A stretch of 64,000 bases of DNA from Phoronis australis. Taxonomy: Eukaryota; Animalia; Phoronida. The notes under the pieces were generated by a model. It saw only the letters and a list, made by a program, of their open reading frames with translations, searched no databases and was not told the origin of the DNA. Positions 62,047 through 64,000 of the stretch are shown in pieces. The DNA lies in the NCBI GenBank assembly GCA_002633005.1, contig NMRA01000258.1, positions 202,060-266,059 on the forward strand. Direction: 5' to 3'. The position numbers were made by a program, and so were the translations under genes. The first letter of the stretch is position 1; each line of letters opens with the position of its first letter.

Positions 62047-64000
62047 TTATCACGCACTCATGGCTGCACTGGTAGTTCTGAAAGACACAGGAGGGAACAA
62101 AGTAATGACTCTCCAAATAAAACTTGAAGAAAACAAGAAACGGGTACTTTCCCATCAGTGTCCACAATCATTGAAATAGCAAGAGGGAGATCTTTTTCAT
62201 TAGTGCAGGTCTGCCTATTGCACGCCCACGTCTGTTTATTAGACATCAAGCTCAGCAACTCTCACAGTCAATCACTTGAGTCACGGGTTTTGCTGACGGA
62301 GAGCTGAAATGTTGATTTCCTAAAACATATGATACAGGTCATTTGCACACCAAGAACTATTGTTGACTACGGTCACTACAGATCCAAGCGCACACATGAA
62401 GTCGGCCAGGAGACGAATCATTGACCTTTGAGCCTAACTATGACCACGCAGTAGACGTGAGTTAATGAATAATCACAAGATGGCATCCTCCGAGCTCCAG
62501 GTAGTTAAGTTAACTGAACGATTTGGGTCATAAATTTCTAAAAAAAATCAATCAGTTGTATGGCAACCTAAACATACAAACTTTAAATGGGTAACATGAT
62601 GAAATTCCTTATTAAATAGAGTAGGTTGCTTAACTATGTAAGCAGGTTATTTGATTCTTAATTTATTCACTTTATGAATCAACCAGACAGTGTTCACAGT
62701 ACGGAATTTAGGTTACATTTATGTGCTTAACCGGCTTAAAAAACTTCCATTGAAGCTCTCCATAAAGGAGTACTTCAGCAAACTTCTATGAACTGGGAAA
62801 CTTATTTTCCACGAGAAACTTATTTACCTAAATTACCGTGAGACGTGATTTTGAATCGCTTCCGAGTTCTGGTTTTGTGCTGTTTAAAACTTCTCAACTT
62901 CAAACTCGTATACAACAAGTATGAGAAGGTTAAATAAGCCAAAAACACGACGAATGAACTGGATAGAAAACTAGAACGGTTAAATGGCCTTTGATTCTCA
63001 CTTCTGACAGGGGCAAAAATATAAACAACACCACACGTCTTGCTCGTACTCGTAACAGTTTATTTGTAGATCTGTAAATGTCCCAACGTAATAGTATACT
63101 GCGTCCCTTGCTGCGCGCTAGCAATAGCATTTTAATCTAGATGCACATGGTAGTTCGGTTTTTCAGCGAAATAATAGGCAAAATAAAGTAAAACCATTTG
63201 GAAAGGCAGTGTCAGTTATATCTTCGTTCATTCATTTTAATACAAAGTTATCAACATAACATTATCAGTGGCGGATCTAGGATATCACAAGGGGCCCAAC
63301 ATTTTGGCCGGCTGTAAGCATTTACGCAAACTGAACCACGATTGTAGATGCACCGAATGGTTTCCCCCCTCCCGCCAGGAAATTTTTCTGCTTTTACCTC
63401 TAAAAATCAAGCATTTTCGTTGATTCCTGAAGTATTATCCAAGAAAGAAAAAAAAAACACGGAGAACGTGTCAAACAGGAAAAACTACAATTACCAAAGA
63501 CTCGAAATCACGACCTCGCGGATAGAGCGCGGGTGAGTTACCATACCAGTACACAACCACGACTTAACTACTATTACTAATCTCATTCTAAGAGACTCAC
63601 TTGTTTCATGGTCCACAGCGTTTGCGCGCGAAACCTACTTCTTTTTGTCATGCTTATTACACTTATATATTTTGTGCCATCAATTCTTAACAAATTTGTC
63701 GTATTTAAAATAGTCTTCAAATGCCCAAAAGACCAAATCCGTTTTTCGTGTTGGCAATAATGACGGCGGGATTGCTTTGGAAATCGTCCGTAAGATAAGG
63801 TTTGACAAAGAGAGTATTGCGAGTTTCTGAGTGATTCACTAAGGCTTCGATTAAAATTCACATCTTACCAGCAGTTTCTGTTTTTTCATCGTCACTCAGG
63901 TTCCATTTTCTTTAAAAAATGAAGTAAACTTTCTTCATTGCACAGTGGAGCAGACGACGGAAACGGAGCCGTAGTGCGCTGCGCCACTGCCGGTCGCCTG

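Noticed and set aside
63868-63909. Small coding exon (KWNLSDDEKTETA) on the minus strand
   Set aside because: It cannot join the ZNF511 frame because of the TGA TAA before the start codon; it is more likely 5'-UTR sequence. This cannot be resolved at the window edge.

Overview
Eukaryotic, AT-rich, intron- and transposon-rich DNA, probably from an invertebrate (lophotrochozoan-like; this is inferred). Assembly gaps lie at about 3419-3546, 24417-25324, 27879, 44475-44653 and 57223-57657. I reconstructed three spliced genes by hand from GT-AG boundaries and exon phases. (1) Gene A (+, starts before base 14, ends 17352) encodes a single-pass membrane protein: PAN/Apple - Kringle - C-type lectin-like - WSC-like - Ser/Thr mucin stalk - 4-Cys (sushi-like) module - polybasic linker - TM - basic tail. 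(2) Gene B (-, about 40684-20795) is a tail-to-tail paralog with the same exon phases, but I found no Kringle or WSC exon. (3) A ZNF511 ortholog (-, 62046-51350). Introns and spacers hold Kolobok derivatives (TTAA target, THAP plus KolX-like stubs), hAT-type elements with 5-bp TSDs, a duplicated HERO-type retrotransposon fragment, an inverted APE-LINE fragment, MITEs and minisatellites. There is also a 1.7-kb foldback element whose arms carry tRNA-like Pol III units pointing inward at a palindromic 86-bp repeat core. All domain and family calls come from motif recognition by eye; no database searches were run.
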